Origin: a virus
Taxonomy: Duplodnaviria > Caudoviricetes
DNA: 64,000 nt
Reading direction: 5' to 3' (one strand)
Virus record (IMG/VR): IMGVR_UViG_2585427681_000002
Coordinates: 1,362-65,361 of that record
Position numbers and translations under genes: made by a program. The stretch's first letter is position 1; each line of letters begins with the position of its first letter. The notes under the pieces are model-generated. The model was not told where the DNA came from and ran no database searches. It saw nothing but the letters and a program-made list of their open reading frames with translations. Positions 62,009 through 64,000 of the stretch are shown one piece after another.

Positions 62009-64000
62009 TTAGTCTGCGGCGTGACCAGTGCGGCCTGGCGTAATTGCCTGATGGAGTCGTTCCGCGACGAAGATGGCTCCAGCGGTAGTCAGGTGGCCAT
62101 AGTCCCAGGTAGTCAACGTGGTCGCATCGTCAGTGGTGTGGGTAAGGCATCCCTCGGTATTGCAGAGAATATCGAGAAGGGAAACGAACGCCGCTTTCGA
62201 GTTTGAGTAGGCATTCGTGAATTCGCTTTCGATCTTCGGGATGTCCGGGTTCAGGTTGCTGGCAAGCCTGCGCGGTATCTGATGCTGTGGAAAGTCGCTT
62301 TTCCATGCCTGGTAGACATGTTTGGGGAGCGAATCCAGCCACACTGGAGCAGGACCAAGGAGCACGATGTTGGTAATTCCAGCCGCTGATACCTCATCGA
62401 TGGTACGCATGAGTCTGGCCTGATCGGCGGATCCGGCCGACCAGTCAGCCCCATAGCGGCCCCACGCCCCGAACAGGACAACGGTGCGAGGTTTCACGCT
62501 GCGAAGCTTGGCGAGGATGTACCTGTTGCTCTCCTGACAAATGCTGTCGCCAAAATCCAGGATCGGCGGGCATGAGCTTCTTGTCGTCTGAAGAATTGCC
62601 TCGGATCGCCCCATCTCGGCCGCGATCCCCGGATACAGCCGTGCAGCATGAGAATCACCCCACAGCAGTACGCCTTCACCCGGGCTGTTTCCAGATAGGC
62701 ATTCAGCGGCGAAGCCATCATACGGATCGGTTGCGCTGAGCCAGCATTGAGGGTACCGGGCATCGGTCACAAACTCGTACTTGAAATCTGCGATTGCCCG
62801 GATTTCCGCTGGGAAGCGAGACGGAATTCCATCTGATCTGAATGTCGCATAACCGCAGATACCTACTCCCACCAGTGCAAACGACAGGAGAGCGACAGAG
62901 GCGCGGATATTCAGCTTGCTGCGTATTGGCCTTTCGACGAAACGGTAAGTCAGCCACGCCAGTAGCACGCCGATGAGAACCGCGGCGATTCTCACAAATG
63001 CACTCGGCGTATCGCTGTACATCATCCTGGCGAACGTCAGGAGTGGCCAATGCCACAGGTAAAGCGGGAAACTGATAAGGCCGAAAAAGACCATTATCCT
63101 ACTGGACAGAACTGTCTTGTTAAGCCAGGCAAATGGCCCGGCGGCGATAACAAGTGCTGCACCAACGGTTGGAAGGATCGCCCACCAACCGGGAAACTCA
63201 TTGTTTTTTGTAGTCCGAACAAGGGCCGTTGCGACAAGTGCCATTCCAAGCACGGACAATAAGTTTCGAACTGCAGGACCGCTTGATTCTCGCCAGCGCG
63301 GAAAGAGTCGTTGCTGATTCAGTGTTGCATAGGCAAGCAGAGAACCGATCAGCAGTTCCCAAAATCGGGTTTGCGGCGAATAGAACGTCGCGATCTGGTT
63401 GGTTTTCACACCAATGATATTGAGGGTGAAGGAGATGCCGCCGATCAGAGCAATCAGGATCAATATGTTGACCCTGCTCTTCCAGGCAGCCCATACGAGG
63501 AGTGGCCAAACAAGGTAGAACTGCTCTTCGATTCCGAGTGACCACAGGTGCAGGAGCGGTTTTGTCTCGGCACTGTTGTCGAAATAGCCGGATTCACCCA
63601 GCAGCAGGAAGTTGGATACGAATGCAGATCCCCCCGCTATGTGTTTGCCCAGTTGCGAGTACTCGTCGACCATAAGGCTGAACCAGCCGAAAGCCCAAGT
63701 GGCACTGAGCATGAGCAAGAGTGCCGGGAAGATTCGATTGACTCGTCGGCCGTAGAATTCCAGGAAACTGAAGCGGTTCTTTTCCAAACTGCCGAAGATG
63801 ATGCTGGAGATTAAATAACCGGAAATAACGAAGAATACGTCGACGCCTACAAACCCGCCTTGAATCAAGGAGGGAAAGGCATGGAAGGTGACCACGGACA
63901 AGACGGCCAATGCGCGTAGCCCATCAATGTCTGCGCGGTACTTCGGATGGCTCAGGTGCTTATCGAGCGCAGGTAGCGTCGACGTGGATAAATAGGTCAT
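62009..64000 (-). CDS. Acyltransferase-3 plus SGNH fusion (OafA-like O-acyltransferase)
   Basis: YRADIDGLRALAV, GVDVFFVISGYL, HLWSLGIEEQFY, WGDSHA, D..HLT. Confidence 0.93.
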   Translation of the reverse strand: MTYLSTSTLPALDKHLSHPKYRADIDGLRALAVLSVVTFHAFPSLIQGGFVGVDVFFVISGYLISSIIFGSLEKNRFSFLEFYGRRVNRIFPALLLMLSATWAFGWFSLMVDEYSQLGKHIAGGSAFVSNFLLLGESGYFDNSAETKPLLHLWSLGIEEQFYLVWPLLVWAAWKSRVNILILIALIGGISFTLNIIGVKTNQIATFYSPQTRFWELLIGSLLAYATLNQQRLFPRWRESSGPAVRNLLSVLGMALVATALVRTTKNNEFPGWWAILPTVGAALVIAAGPFAWLNKTVLSSRIMVFFGLISFPLYLWHWPLLTFARMMYSDTPSAFVRIAAVLIGVLLAWLTYRFVERPIRSKLNIRASVALLSFALVGVGICGYATFRSDGIPSRFPAEIRAIADFKYEFVTDARYPQCWLSATDPYDGFAAECLSGNSPGEGVLLWGDSHAARLYPGIAAEMGRSEAILQTTRSSCPPILDFGDSICQESNRYILAKLRSVKPRTVVLFGAWGRYGADWSAGSADQARLMRTIDEVSAAGITNIVLLGPAPVWLDSLPKHVYQAWKSDFPQHQIPRRLASNLNPDIPKIESEFTNAYSNSKAAFVSLLDILCNTEGCLTHTTDDATTLTTWDYGHLTTAGAIFVAERLHQAITPGRTGHAAD

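Overview
Almost the whole window (about 1-59.5 kb) is one apparently intact lambdoid siphovirus prophage of Pseudomonas type (host inferred from gene content and high GC). Its int/xis end lies just off the left edge. The order is early-left operon (872-15.9 kb), immunity region (cI/cro with 17-bp TTTAGC-N5-GCTAAA operators), replication and nin genes, Q, head, tail, lysis, and a LexA-boxed SRAP module. The main result is a complete diversity-generating retroelement (DGR) inside the early-left operon: RT (5266-6423), template repeat TR (6365-6466), avd (6622-6975) and two tandem paralogous small target genes. Their variable repeats differ from TR only at TR adenines (15 of 15 and 14 of 14 mismatches). 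The targets are not tail fibres. They look like soluble early proteins without export signals, so the phage may hypermutate two intracellular binding proteins. Both VRs are followed, exactly 16 nt downstream, by the same 14-nt motif, and the RT start codon appears to lie inside TR. Other points of interest: an antisense 31-aa hydrophobic peptide with a hairpin-sequestered start, a tRNA-like T-arm element and related structured leaders, repeated C-GGAU-G hairpins before the scaffold and capsid genes, twin palindromes in a tail-region moron cluster, and several candidate defence morons. Right of about 59.5 kb is a deleted relic of a sister prophage (int 3' end, xis 5' end, IS630 and IS3 scraps, a paralogous lipoprotein) and an AT3-SGNH O-acyltransferase. 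All alignments were made by eye and no database searches were run.
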